Under the pieces are notes generated by a model. It had not been told where the DNA came from and made no database searches. It saw nothing but the letters and a program-made list of their open reading frames with translations. The translations under genes and the position numbers were made by a program. A DNA stretch of 52,610 nt from Myxococcota bacterium (GTDB taxonomy: Bacteria; Myxococcota; XYA12-FULL-58-9; JABJBS01), in the NCBI GenBank assembly GCA_036339465.1, contig JAYZAY010000066.1:1-52610 (forward strand), read 5' to 3'. Below, one piece after another: positions 38,906 to 49,114 of the stretch. Numbering within the stretch: the stretch's first letter is position 1; every line of letters starts with the position of its first letter.

Positions 38906-40027
38906 TTATCGAGCCCTCGTCCTTCTCAATTGGGCTCCTGTATAAGTACGGCGGACTTGGCCTAGACGGTCGATCCTGTCCATCGCCACTTGGTTGGCGG
39001 CTTTAAAGGTCGGAATTTTCCGTTCATTGGCCCGCTTAAAGACCGCCGAGAGAATATCATAGACGCCCTCAGCTTGCGTTAGGGCGCGCTCTTGGTTGTA
39101 TCCCTCCAATTCGTTGGCCACATTGATCAGCCCTCCCGCATTGATCACAAAGTCAGGGGCATAAAGGATTCCTTTTTCAGCCAATCGAGCACCATCCACC
39201 TCCTCGTTGCGCAATTGATTGTTCGCTGCGCCGGCCACGATCTTACATTTCAGATCAGGAATTGTGGATTCGTTGAGGGCCATGCCCAGTGCACAGGGTG
39301 CGAAAATATCACAGTCGACAGCATGGACCTCTTCAGGGGCGACGGCTTCCACCCGATGGCCCGCAATGGTTCGACGCACAGCATCAATATCCACATCGGC
39401 CACCACAACTTTCGCGCCAGCATCAGCCAAGTGGCCCGCCAAATGAAATCCCACATGACCGACGCCTTGGATAGCAACGGTCAGCCCGTCGAAGGTGGAG
39501 ATACCATATTTCTCCTCAATGGCAGCACGCATGCCAGAAAAAACACCGAGGGCGGTCACCGGCGATGGATTCCCAGATCCACCTAAGGCCCTTGAAATGC
39601 CCACGACATGGTCCGTTTCCATACGCATCATCTCCATGTCAGCCATAATCGTTCCGGAGTCTTCGGCGGTAATATACCGTCCTGCCAATCCCTGGATAAA
39701 CCTCCCCATTGCTCTCCACAAAAGTTCACTCTTATCCTTTTTTGGATCGCCGATAATAACTGCCTTGCCTCCCCCCAGATTCAAACCAGCAACGGCTGCT
39801 TTGTAAGTCATCCCTCGAGACAATCTTAGAACGTCAGTCAACGCATCCATTTCAGTTTTGTAGGGATACATTCGACAACCACCAAGTGCTGGCCCAAGGA
39901 CAGTATTGTGAATCCCAATGATTGCCCGTAACCCGCTCACGCTATCGCGGCAAAAAACCACTTGCTCATGGTCGTAATTTTCTAACTCTCCGAAGACCAA
40001 GTATCCATCTTGTGTTGTATTCATCAT
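38906..40027 (-). CDS. ldh: Leucine dehydrogenase (Glu/Leu/Phe/Val dehydrogenase family)
   Basis: GPALGGCRM, GMTYK, GGGKAVI, YITAED, GVGHVG, GAANNQL, INAGG. Start ATG 40027 after GGAAGGAT. Confidence 0.88.
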   Translation of the reverse strand: MMNTTQDGYLVFGELENYDHEQVVFCRDSVSGLRAIIGIHNTVLGPALGGCRMYPYKTEMDALTDVLRLSRGMTYKAAVAGLNLGGGKAVIIGDPKKDKSELLWRAMGRFIQGLAGRYITAEDSGTIMADMEMMRMETDHVVGISRALGGSGNPSPVTALGVFSGMRAAIEEKYGISTFDGLTVAIQGVGHVGFHLAGHLADAGAKVVVADVDIDAVRRTIAGHRVEAVAPEEVHAVDCDIFAPCALGMALNESTIPDLKCKIVAGAANNQLRNEEVDGARLAEKGILYAPDFVINAGGLINVANELEGYNQERALTQAEGVYDILSAVFKRANERKIPTFKAANQVAMDRIDRLGQVRRTYTGAQLRRTRAR

Positions 40028-40207
40028 ATCCTTCCATGGGATGCCATTTTGCGCCGATATATTGGAAAGGTACGTCCGGTCAATAAGTCGATACGACACA
40101 CTGCATCAGGATAAACCTATTTACGAGCATTTCGGCACCAAGTGCGCTACAAGAATACTGAGGTCAACTGAGAAGCCAAGACTCACGGACGGTCCCACGC
40201 ATTTACT

Positions 40208-41989
40208 ATGATAACAGTCAAATTGAACATAGATTCCGAACCTGAGATCATCGAGTTTCATGAATTTGAGGCTCGGGTAAGAGGCGGGCTCATCCTACCT
40301 CAGGCCCTGATCCGTTTCCCAGTGATCACAGGAAACCAATTTGTACCCGCATCATCACTTGAACTTTTCGATAATCTCTACAACGGCAGAGAGCTTGCAT
40401 TTACAAAATACTTCAGCCTTGGAAGGTTCCCGGTCCTCACCTGCATCATTATCACTGCCGTCATCTCCGTCTACTATCTGGATCCGCCTTCCACACCCCA
40501 GAGCTCACAAAACCTTCTGGAACGAGGCGCCAAAAGTTGGGACCTCATGGTGGAACTGGGAGAGTGGTGGAGACTCCTTTCGGCAAATTTCGTGCATGTA
40601 TCACCCCTGCATTTGTGGATGAACTCTTTCTTTCTCTTTAACCTCGGCGGTCCCACCGAAGCCATCTTTCGTCGAAGAGATTACGCCGCAATTATCTTTG
40701 TATCAGCCATAGCAAGCATGCTCTCATCAGCACTCGTTAATCCTGTGGTTAGCTGTGGTGCCAGTGGAATCATTTTTGGTGTTTGGGGCGCATTAAGCGT
40801 GTTTGGCTTTCGGTACCGCAGTATCCTACCCGAACGCTATAAAAAATATTTCCTGTACGTCGTCTTTCCCTATTCGCTAGTCGCCCTCTATATGGGGATA
40901 GCCATCCCTGATGTCGACAATTGGAGTCACCTAGGGGGCATCGTTTCCGGGTCCATTTACGGAATATTCTTGAGACCACGGCTATTGGAAACACCCCGCT
41001 TTACCACGAAACTTAGAAATGTCGCCGTGGGTGTACCAGCTTTGCTCATTATAGTCGGCACACATCACCCCATGGGAACGGGAAAACTCATCCCACTCAG
41101 CATGACCGCTGGCCACGGCCTTGAAATCCGGCTCCCCGATTACTGGTACCTAACGGTTTCTAAACGAGACCGAAAAACCGATTCACGCGCTTACCACAAC
41201 CGAGCTGAAGTCTCCTTCGGATTTGAGGCCCGGATGAATTCCAAACCAACGACACTAAAACGATTTACCGAAGAATTTATTGAAATCGAATTGGCCGAAC
41301 AACTCGAAGCACATCATGCTAAAGGCCTCAGAATCAAAGACCCCGTCCAATGGACGCTCGATGGCCATTCCTGCGCGCTGATTATTGCCGAAGTCGTAAC
41401 AGCTCAAACTGCACTCAAACTACACTATTACCTGATCGCAAGAGGCTACTATCAATACATTTTGAGTTCCTCTAGCCCAATATGGTTGGCCAAATCGTAC
41501 GAGCCCATCTTTGAGGAAATTCTTAGTACAGTTAGAGTATCGCCACCACAGAAACTTAAAGATGCTTGGCGATATTATCAAAAAGCGAATTCCGCCAACT
41601 CCCTCGTTAAATTGGGGCTACAGCTAGGTCAGACCGGACAATTTAAGGAAGCCATTTCCACTCTTACGAAAGCACAAAAAATGGAACCCAATAACGGCCT
41701 CGCTTACGCGGTCTTAGGAAAATTACTATTCGATTATAATGTTTCATCCGACGAAAGTTGCGAACTTCTACAGCAGGCAATTCTCAAACAGGAGTGGACA
41801 GAGGATTTGATCTTTCTGGCAATCCAAGCCCACCTTCGTTGCGAACGAAAAGCATTGGCCAGAAAATTATTGCATGCGGGACTCAAGCGATTCCCCAAAG
41901 ATCGCAAACTTAAGAGAATAGCGAAGAACCTTGGACCGGCGGTCAAATTTCAAGTTCCACCCCGATCGGACAATGATCAGACCCCATGA
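40208..41989 (+). CDS. Rhomboid intramembrane serine protease with N-terminal soluble domain and C-terminal soluble and TPR domains
   Basis: WRLLSANFVH..HLWMN, GASG (Ser), HLGG (His); TPR-like LGQTGQFKEAISTLTKAQKMEPNNGLAYAVLG. Confidence 0.88.
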   Translation: MITVKLNIDSEPEIIEFHEFEARVRGGLILPQALIRFPVITGNQFVPASSLELFDNLYNGRELAFTKYFSLGRFPVLTCIIITAVISVYYLDPPSTPQSSQNLLERGAKSWDLMVELGEWWRLLSANFVHVSPLHLWMNSFFLFNLGGPTEAIFRRRDYAAIIFVSAIASMLSSALVNPVVSCGASGIIFGVWGALSVFGFRYRSILPERYKKYFLYVVFPYSLVALYMGIAIPDVDNWSHLGGIVSGSIYGIFLRPRLLETPRFTTKLRNVAVGVPALLIIVGTHHPMGTGKLIPLSMTAGHGLEIRLPDYWYLTVSKRDRKTDSRAYHNRAEVSFGFEARMNSKPTTLKRFTEEFIEIELAEQLEAHHAKGLRIKDPVQWTLDGHSCALIIAEVVTAQTALKLHYYLIARGYYQYILSSSSPIWLAKSYEPIFEEILSTVRVSPPQKLKDAWRYYQKANSANSLVKLGLQLGQTGQFKEAISTLTKAQKMEPNNGLAYAVLGKLLFDYNVSSDESCELLQQAILKQEWTEDLIFLAIQAHLRCERKALARKLLHAGLKRFPKDRKLKRIAKNLGPAVKFQVPPRSDNDQTP

Positions 41990-42716
41990 CATCGGGGCAA
42001 ATAAAGGCATTCGTCAGAGCCTGCCGAGCCGCCTTATTGACTAGAACATAGTCGATTCTCCAACCGACATTCCGCTCCCGCACACCTTTTCGGTTAGACC
42101 ACCATGTATAGTGCCCATTTCCTTCGGTGAAACAGCGAAAGGAATCGGTCCAGCCTCCCTCAATCCACCGACTCAATTCCTCACGTTCTTCCAAACAAAA
42201 CCCGCTCGTTTTGTGGTTTTGTTTAGGTCGAGCCAAATCAATCTCTTCATGGGCGGTATTGAAATCTCCCATCACAATGACTGGCTTTGTACCAACAAAA
42301 TGAGCATTGAGTTGTTCGTGTAACGCCCTATAAAAATTCAATTTAAAAGGGATCCGACTATTGTCTCTATTTTTTCCTGAACCGTTGGGAAAATAGACAT
42401 TTGCGACATTTAAACTCGTAAATTGGGCCCATTGTAGGCGGCCCTCACAATCAAAATCATCAACCCCCAAACTGGTTTCCACTTTCTGAGGTTTCTCTCT
42501 ACTGTAGAGGGCCACGCCGCTGTATCCTGGCCGTTGGGCCGGTACGAAATGACAAAACCAACCTTCAGGAGCCCGAACATTCTCCTCTAACTGCTCGGAC
42601 CGTGCTCTTACCTCTTGTAAACCGACAATATCAGCATCGCTTCCCCCTAGCCATTCTCCAAAGCCCTTTCTGGCGCAGGCCCGCAAGCCATTGACGTTCC
42701 ATGAATAGATCTTCAC
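41943..42716 (-). CDS. xth: Exodeoxyribonuclease III / AP endonuclease
   Basis: SWNVNGLRA, LQE, YFPNG, GDFNTAH, GWRIDY, SDHCP. Confidence 0.96.
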   Translation of the reverse strand: MKIYSWNVNGLRACARKGFGEWLGGSDADIVGLQEVRARSEQLEENVRAPEGWFCHFVPAQRPGYSGVALYSREKPQKVETSLGVDDFDCEGRLQWAQFTSLNVANVYFPNGSGKNRDNSRIPFKLNFYRALHEQLNAHFVGTKPVIVMGDFNTAHEEIDLARPKQNHKTSGFCLEEREELSRWIEGGWTDSFRCFTEGNGHYTWWSNRKGVRERNVGWRIDYVLVNKAARQALTNAFICPDVMGSDHCPIGVELEI

Positions 42717-42935
42717 TTTTCAGCTCTCCTTAACCGTACAAAAACGCATTATTAGAATTCGCTCATGACCACTCAATCGCTAAATCCAAGCTTCGGCCAA
42801 TAAATCTATGGCAGACTTTCCGAATCTCATTCGACAGGATTGACAGCAATTCATTTATGATTCAATAGCATCTTGAGCGCCCAGGGGGGCGTAAGATTAA
42901 CATCATCGTCAAACACCAGACCAAGAGAGCATTCG

Positions 42936-44495
42936 ATGAGTACCAGCGCCAATGAATTCATTCTCGATCTTAAGAACGTCATCCGCAATCCAGATCCAAA
43001 CGACCTTCGGGGATTTGTTGGAGACATGCCTAACGCCCAAAAAACCGAATTTGGCAATTACAATGTTAAAGTGAAGGTTAAAGCTCGCTCCAAAGCATCA
43101 ACATATATAGTAACCGACACCCCGGACAATCACACCGACCAAACGATGTCGCGAAACGCCGCCGAGAGCATGGCTAAAGTTCAGAATGACTACATTCGGA
43201 CCCAAGAGATGATCGTCGTTGATGGCTTTATCGGTGATGACCCACTTACCCGAACTGCATGCCGACTAACCATCGAAAGAAGAAACGCAAATATCGCTGC
43301 AATGCAACAGCAGTTGTACTTCACCCCATCAGCCCAGGAATTCAGCACTTTTGTCCCCGAACTCAACGTCATTTACACACCCAATTTACCAGCAAAAGGC
43401 TATCCAAACGACAGGCTTATTTCGGTAGACCTCGAAAACAACACCACCCGTGTTTTCAACTCCGACTATTTCGGAGAATCGAAAAAAGGTGGATTAAGGA
43501 TGTGGAACAAACTTATTTATGACCGGGGCGGGTTACCCCTTCATGCTGGTTGTAAAGTTGTCCCCTCTCCGAACGGCAACAAAACGCTCCTCATTGTTGG
43601 CCTCTCCGGAACCGGTAAGACGACAACCACCTTCACCTGTCAAAATGAGTCGATGCCAGTGCAAGATGACTTCGTCGCGCTCATGCCAAACGGTGGCGTT
43701 TTGGGAACAGAGGACGGGTGCTTCGCCAAAACATTCGGCTTGGATCCTACGTCGGAGCCTTTAATTTACCAAGCAGTAACGCAACCAGAAACCTATCTCG
43801 AAAATGTCTCCGTCGATGAAAACGGCAAAGTTTACTTTAATGACCAGTCACATACTCAGAATGGTCGAGCCACATTCCCATTTCGACTGATCCCAAATGC
43901 AGCCAATCCTCGAGAACTGCAACCTGTCTCTTCAATTCTCATCCTAAATCGTAATGATAATATTGTCCCTGCTCTAGCTCGTCTCAATAAAGGGCAGGGC
44001 GCCGCCTATTTTATGCTTGGTGAAAGCCAAGGAACATCAGCTGGTGGTAAAGAAGAGGCGGGCAAAGCGCTAAGAGTACCAGGAACAAACCCCTTCTTTC
44101 CACTCCTACACGGACTCCAAGGCAATCGTTTCCTAGAACTCTCGAACAAGATTGACATGGAGGTCTTTCTTTTAAACACCGGCTGGGTGGGCGGTGGCAC
44201 TAGTAAGGACTTCCTCAAGAAGGTCAAGATTCACCACTCTTCTACACTCGTAAAAGCCATCGTAGATGATTCTATTGAATGGTCGCAATGTCGCACTTTC
44301 GGTTACCAGGTACCCAAAACTGTGCCTGGCTTCATAAACGAAGATAATGTTTTACTCCAACCCTTGAAACTATATGAAGAAACAAACCGAAGAGATGAGT
44401 TTAACCAACTCGCCCACTCTCTCAAAACCGGCCGGGTGGAACACCTAGACGCCTATCCCAATCTCGACCCAGCTCTAATCTCTGCAATTGCCTAA
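42936..44495 (+). CDS. pckA: Phosphoenolpyruvate carboxykinase (ATP)
   Basis: YFGESKKG, LHAG, GLSGTGKTT, QDD, EDGCFAKT, TQNGRA, LNTGW. Start moved to ATG 42936. Confidence 0.9.
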   Translation: MSTSANEFILDLKNVIRNPDPNDLRGFVGDMPNAQKTEFGNYNVKVKVKARSKASTYIVTDTPDNHTDQTMSRNAAESMAKVQNDYIRTQEMIVVDGFIGDDPLTRTACRLTIERRNANIAAMQQQLYFTPSAQEFSTFVPELNVIYTPNLPAKGYPNDRLISVDLENNTTRVFNSDYFGESKKGGLRMWNKLIYDRGGLPLHAGCKVVPSPNGNKTLLIVGLSGTGKTTTTFTCQNESMPVQDDFVALMPNGGVLGTEDGCFAKTFGLDPTSEPLIYQAVTQPETYLENVSVDENGKVYFNDQSHTQNGRATFPFRLIPNAANPRELQPVSSILILNRNDNIVPALARLNKGQGAAYFMLGESQGTSAGGKEEAGKALRVPGTNPFFPLLHGLQGNRFLELSNKIDMEVFLLNTGWVGGGTSKDFLKKVKIHHSSTLVKAIVDDSIEWSQCRTFGYQVPKTVPGFINEDNVLLQPLKLYEETNRRDEFNQLAHSLKTGRVEHLDAYPNLDPALISAIA

Positions 44496-44547
44496 TTCTC
44501 GATTTTATGGGGAACGCTTAGGACATTATTTTGGGCCAAGCTGTCAA

Positions 44548-44943
44548 TTAATCTGCCGCAGCAGCTTTTTCGAGCTTCGGAACCAAAACCTTGAGGGCGT
44601 CTTCAAAAGCCTCAACTGTAAACGGTTTCGCAATCAGAAATAGAGCCCCCGCATCTGTGGCTCTGTTTCGCATCTCTTGGGTACCTTCTGAGGTTACGAA
44701 CCCAAATGGAATAACCACACCGTCCTCCTGAAGCTTTTCTGCAAGATGAATTCCCGTCATTCGAGGCATATTCCAGTCAGACATCACCAAATCCGGCTTA
44801 TCATCCCCCACAATAATCTTATAGGCTTCGAAACCATCGGCAGCCTCAACAAACTGGTGGCCCGTGAAACCCGCCTTACGTATGGTACGCTTCACGATCA
44901 TTCTCATTGCCTTACTGTCGTCAACTACAAGTATTTTCACCAT
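44548..44943 (-). CDS. cheY: Single-domain response regulator, CheY-like
   Basis: VVDDS, DWNMP, T, KPF; last gene of the che cluster. Confidence 0.85.
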   Translation of the reverse strand: MVKILVVDDSKAMRMIVKRTIRKAGFTGHQFVEAADGFEAYKIIVGDDKPDLVMSDWNMPRMTGIHLAEKLQEDGVVIPFGFVTSEGTQEMRNRATDAGALFLIAKPFTVEAFEDALKVLVPKLEKAAAAD

Positions 44944-45058
44944 TCACTCCAAAGTGCGGTGATGCCCCAAACTACTATCAATCCAAACCTATTAGCGAGA
45001 GTCGGCACCAGGCCCACCCCGAAAAGTCCGCTACAGTTCTCTCCGCCCACAGTTGGTT

Positions 45059-45526
45059 CTAAACATCCAAATCTATATCTTCGCGAACGTGAACCACGGC
45101 TTTAAAACAAAATCCTTCACACTGGAAAAAGACCTCACAATCCACTCTAGAACCCGGAAATCGCACCGAGTATTCAGCACCAATTGTTACAACTGGCAAA
45201 CCCAATTCACAGGAGCCTTCAAGCAACGACTTAAAGCTACCGCCCGTCATATTTGCAAGCTCGCCCATTGCATCTTCGATATCTTCATCGGTTGCCTCGT
45301 CAGGGGCCACCTCAAACATTAGTCCTGCACACTTTGTTGCCAAAGCCCCAGGAAATGTCAATGTCGCCATTCCCTCCCATGTTCCACTAATCTGAACAGT
45401 GGCTGTTACATAGCGAATACCTGCTTCACTGGGAAGAGCCTCCGCTAGAGGCGAAACATCTAGTTCCAAAATGGTAGAAAAAATATTCGGGACGACCTCT
45501 AAAATATTTTCTGTAGTGGTTGACAT
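45059..45526 (-). CDS. cheX: Chemotaxis phosphatase CheX
   Basis: DAMGELANMTGG (ExxN) and LGLPVV. Confidence 0.88.
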   Translation of the reverse strand: MSTTTENILEVVPNIFSTILELDVSPLAEALPSEAGIRYVTATVQISGTWEGMATLTFPGALATKCAGLMFEVAPDEATDEDIEDAMGELANMTGGSFKSLLEGSCELGLPVVTIGAEYSVRFPGSRVDCEVFFQCEGFCFKAVVHVREDIDLDV

Positions 45527-45535
45527 AGTTTCTCC

Positions 45536-46360
45536 TCAACTTTCACGTAGTTTATAACATCCAGATCGCGGAAACTCGACCCTCTCATACGCATTGTCAA
45601 TGCTCATTGGCATCTCCGCAGCTCCTAAGAATAGAAATCCGTCGGGGCTAAGCGTTTGGCGAATCTGTCCCAAAATACGTCTCTTCGTATCGACATCAAA
45701 ATAAATCAAAACATTTCTGAGTAAAATGATATCCATCTTAGGCATCGTTGGCCAGGAATCAATCAGATTTAGCTTTCTGAAATCAATTGAACCTCGAACG
45801 CTCGGTTTGATCTGCCATTCCAAGCCCTGTTTCTCAAAATGCTTCAGAAGCAACGGCGCAGGTAACCCCCTGTTCACCTCAAGCTGAGTAAATCTACCTT
45901 CACGCGCTCTAGCCAGTATCTGATTTGATATATCCGTAGCAAGAATACGAACATTCCAACTTTGCAGCTGCGGAAAATTTTCCCGTAAAAGCATACTCAC
46001 CGTATAGGGCTCTTGGCCCGAAGAACAAGCGGCACACCAGATGTTCAAGCTATTCTTCTTCGCTCTTTTTTCCATGAGGGTTGGCAAGACGAATTCCTTC
46101 ATACACTTAAACGGATGGACATCTCTAAAAAAGGATGTTTCGTGGATCGTAATCGCTTCCACCAACCGCTCAAGTAGTCGCGCACCAACAGGACTTCGAA
46201 CCTCTGCAATCAAATTGTCAATGGAACCGTGCCCTGTCTGCTCCACGAGCGGCATCAAGCGACTCTCCACAAAATACTGCTTTCCATCGTCCAAAACAAT
46301 TGCTGCCCTCTCGCGGATGAGCTTCCTGATAAATTCAAAATCGGACTGCTGTAATGCCAT
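45536..46360 (-). CDS. cheR: Chemotaxis protein methyltransferase CheR
   Basis: ETSFFRD, WCAACSSGQEPY, ATDIS, RNVLIYF. Confidence 0.96.
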   Translation of the reverse strand: MALQQSDFEFIRKLIRERAAIVLDDGKQYFVESRLMPLVEQTGHGSIDNLIAEVRSPVGARLLERLVEAITIHETSFFRDVHPFKCMKEFVLPTLMEKRAKKNSLNIWCAACSSGQEPYTVSMLLRENFPQLQSWNVRILATDISNQILARAREGRFTQLEVNRGLPAPLLLKHFEKQGLEWQIKPSVRGSIDFRKLNLIDSWPTMPKMDIILLRNVLIYFDVDTKRRILGQIRQTLSPDGFLFLGAAEMPMSIDNAYERVEFPRSGCYKLRES

Positions 46361-46403
46361 CTTTAACTTCCGCCATTCCTAGTTCATAGGCTCTAACCCA
46401 TGA

Positions 46404-47525
46404 TCAGCCATGCATCGCCGCACCGCAAACTATTCGACTAATCTCGTCTCCAATACTTCCCAAAGGAAGGACTTTATCTGCCAAACCATGTTTAGCCACC
46501 AAGCCCGGCATTCCCCAAACAACCGAACTCGTCTCGTCTTGCACCAAAATCGTACCACCACTGCTCTTGATCTTCCCACAACCATCCAAACCATCCCGAC
46601 CCATTCCGGTCATCACCACCGCCAGAATATTATGATTGTAGACTTCCGATACCGATCGAAACAATACATCCACTGCAGGTCGACATGAATGTTCCCGAGC
46701 CTTTTGATGGGTTCGGATTGCAACCCTATCATTTTGAGTTCTATGCACAACCATGTGATAGTCGCCGGGAGCAATGTACGCTAAACCTGGCTCTAGAATA
46801 TCTCCGGTCTTCCCTTCAACAACCCTTAAATGACTCAGAGTCGTCAATCTCTCGGCTAAAATTCGCGTGAAAATAGGAGGCATATGCTGCACGATAACCA
46901 CGGGGATGGGAAAGTCTGGCGGTAACCGAGGTACTACCTCAGCCAATGCGTTAGGTCCTCCTGTCGATGTTCCAATCGCAAGAACCCTAAACCCGTCATG
47001 GGCAGCTATCTTCCAAGTACGAACTGCGAAATTCGGCGCTTTTCTAGGAGCTGTCGGCTTAACTGGGTCTGGTGGTTTTGCCAACGGAATTGGAACTGAG
47101 CCATGTCGTTTTCGAGATCCCCCAAAAGTTTTCAACTTTGACGTCAACTCTTCCCGAATAGTATCAATCGCCGAGCTCGAACCTTCCATAGAGGAAGGTT
47201 TCGTCACATAATCCGCCGCACCCAGCGAAAGCGCCTCCAGGGTTTTGGCTGCCCCTCTTTCAGTCACAGTACTAAACGCAATCACAGGAAGAGTTGGGTC
47301 CTTTTTTTGAAGAGCCACCAAAGTCTCGAGCCCATTCATCTCTGGCATATCCAAATCTAGAATCACGACATCTGGCTTAAACTCGCCCAGTTTCTCCAAA
47401 GCGATTCTACCGTTTTTGGCAGTACCGGCAATTTCTATTTCGGGATCAGAAACAAGCAAACTCGCCAGCATTCGGCGCACGACGACCGCATCGTCGACAA
47501 TCATGACTCGGATCTTCCCACTCAT
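46404..47525 (-). CDS. cheB: Chemotaxis response regulator methylesterase CheB
   Basis: N-terminal receiver domain; GTSTGGP, VQHMP, RPAVDVLF, MTGMGRDG. Confidence 0.97.
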   Translation of the reverse strand: MSGKIRVMIVDDAVVVRRMLASLLVSDPEIEIAGTAKNGRIALEKLGEFKPDVVILDLDMPEMNGLETLVALQKKDPTLPVIAFSTVTERGAAKTLEALSLGAADYVTKPSSMEGSSSAIDTIREELTSKLKTFGGSRKRHGSVPIPLAKPPDPVKPTAPRKAPNFAVRTWKIAAHDGFRVLAIGTSTGGPNALAEVVPRLPPDFPIPVVIVQHMPPIFTRILAERLTTLSHLRVVEGKTGDILEPGLAYIAPGDYHMVVHRTQNDRVAIRTHQKAREHSCRPAVDVLFRSVSEVYNHNILAVVMTGMGRDGLDGCGKIKSSGGTILVQDETSSVVWGMPGLVAKHGLADKVLPLGSIGDEISRIVCGAAMHG

Positions 47526-47533
47526 TGGAGTTC

Positions 47534-47902
47534 CTAACGTAATCCTAAAATGGCCAATTTTTCCTCAATCATTTCCTTAGTAAACGGCTTCATTAGATAC
47601 TCATTCGCACCGGCCTCCATAGCCAGCCTCATATGTTCCATTTCACTTTCGGTCGTAACCATCATAATTGGTATATTCCCGAATCCCTCTTGTCCTCTGA
47701 CATTTTTTATAAAATCGAGACCGTTCATTTCAGGCATATTCCAATCCACCAACACAAGATCGAGATGCTCATGCGACACTTTCAACTTATCTAAAGCATC
47801 TTTGCCATCGATAGCCTCCTCGACTTCAATATCAATTGCTCCCAGCGTCTTGTTTAGAATCTTCCGGATAGCCTTCGAATCATCTACTATTAATGCTCTC
47901 AT
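47534..47902 (-). CDS. cheY: Chemotaxis response regulator CheY
   Basis: IVDDS, DWNMP, MVTTE, KPF. Confidence 0.9.
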   Translation of the reverse strand: MRALIVDDSKAIRKILNKTLGAIDIEVEEAIDGKDALDKLKVSHEHLDLVLVDWNMPEMNGLDFIKNVRGQEGFGNIPIMMVTTESEMEHMRLAMEAGANEYLMKPFTKEMIEEKLAILGLR

Positions 47903-47936
47903 AAAATATCTCCACTGGTTTTATTCTCCACATACT

Positions 47937-49070
47937 CTAAAATCGAAATCCACTGATGGTAGTTTGTAATAAAGTCGAGGTCTCAGCCAGCTCGTGAGTT
48001 GAATTGCGCAATTCGTCAACAGTCGACAAAGTGGATTTCGCAACATCAGCCACACTGCCAATGTTTCGTGCAATATCCCGGCTTCCCTTAGCGGCTTCAT
48101 CCACATTCATACCCAATGAGCTCGTTGTTGCTGTTTGCTCTTCAACCGCGCTCGCAATCGTATTTTGAAAATCACTAATTTGATTAATCACCTCAGTAAT
48201 CTGTCCAATAGCCGTAACCGCTCCCTCAGTTTCAGCCTGAATCGCCTCAATCTTTTGTGAAATTTCCTCGGTTGCTTTCGCGGTCTCCTTCGCCAATTCC
48301 TTAACTTCGTTCGCAACAACCGCAAACCCCTTACCCGATTCACCAGCTCGAGCGGCCTCAATGGTGGCGTTGAGGGCAAGAAGGTTTGTCTGCTCGGCAA
48401 TCGATGTAATCACTCGGACCACGTTACTGATCTCTTGGCTACTTTCACCAAGTTTACCCACCGTTTGATTTGTATGATCCGCCGCAGTCACCGCTGAAGT
48501 TGCAATGTTAGCCGCCTCGGTTGCATTATTTGAAATTTCACGGATCGAGGAGGAAAGCTCTTCTACACCTGTCGCAACGACTTGAGTATTATTACTCACC
48601 TGGTCAGCGCCAACGGAGACTAGGTTTGCTCGAGTGGCAGTATCGGTCGCGTGCTGTTGCATCGTGGAACTGACACCCGCCAATTCCGTTGAGGACGAAT
48701 TCAGGGACCGACCCGCCCTCGAAAATTCTTTCAAAGCTGCCCGAACAACTTCCACACTTTGGTCAATTCCTGCACCGACGGCTGAAATCTCATCTGTACC
48801 ACTCATTCCTAAAGAACTAGAAAAATCCCCACTAGAAACACCGGCTAAATGCTGAACAATTCTTCTTAGATTAGCACTAAGCCCAGAGATAGTCACCCAC
48901 GTCCATCCCAATCCAATCAAGGCTGCAACGATACAGGCGATAAAATAGATTGAAGATTCGTTTGTCTTTAATTCGAAACCAGCCACACAAAGAGCAAGCC
49001 CCATCACAGCCGGCCCTACCATCATGCGAATTTCCATTCCCAACGAGCTCCCTTCATTGAATGAAGTCAT
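47937..49070 (-). CDS. Methyl-accepting chemotaxis protein (2 TM, HAMP, signalling domain)
   Basis: [37 protein letters not shown] hairpin tip; HAMP-like GDFS...DEISAVG. Confidence 0.95.
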   Translation of the reverse strand: MTSFNEGSSLGMEIRMMVGPAVMGLALCVAGFELKTNESSIYFIACIVAALIGLGWTWVTISGLSANLRRIVQHLAGVSSGDFSSSLGMSGTDEISAVGAGIDQSVEVVRAALKEFSRAGRSLNSSSTELAGVSSTMQQHATDTATRANLVSVGADQVSNNTQVVATGVEELSSSIREISNNATEAANIATSAVTAADHTNQTVGKLGESSQEISNVVRVITSIAEQTNLLALNATIEAARAGESGKGFAVVANEVKELAKETAKATEEISQKIEAIQAETEGAVTAIGQITEVINQISDFQNTIASAVEEQTATTSSLGMNVDEAAKGSRDIARNIGSVADVAKSTLSTVDELRNSTHELAETSTLLQTTISGFRF

Positions 49071-49114
49071 GCCTCACTCCTTAAATATTTCCGTTCAGCC
49101 ATCTAATTTCTACA

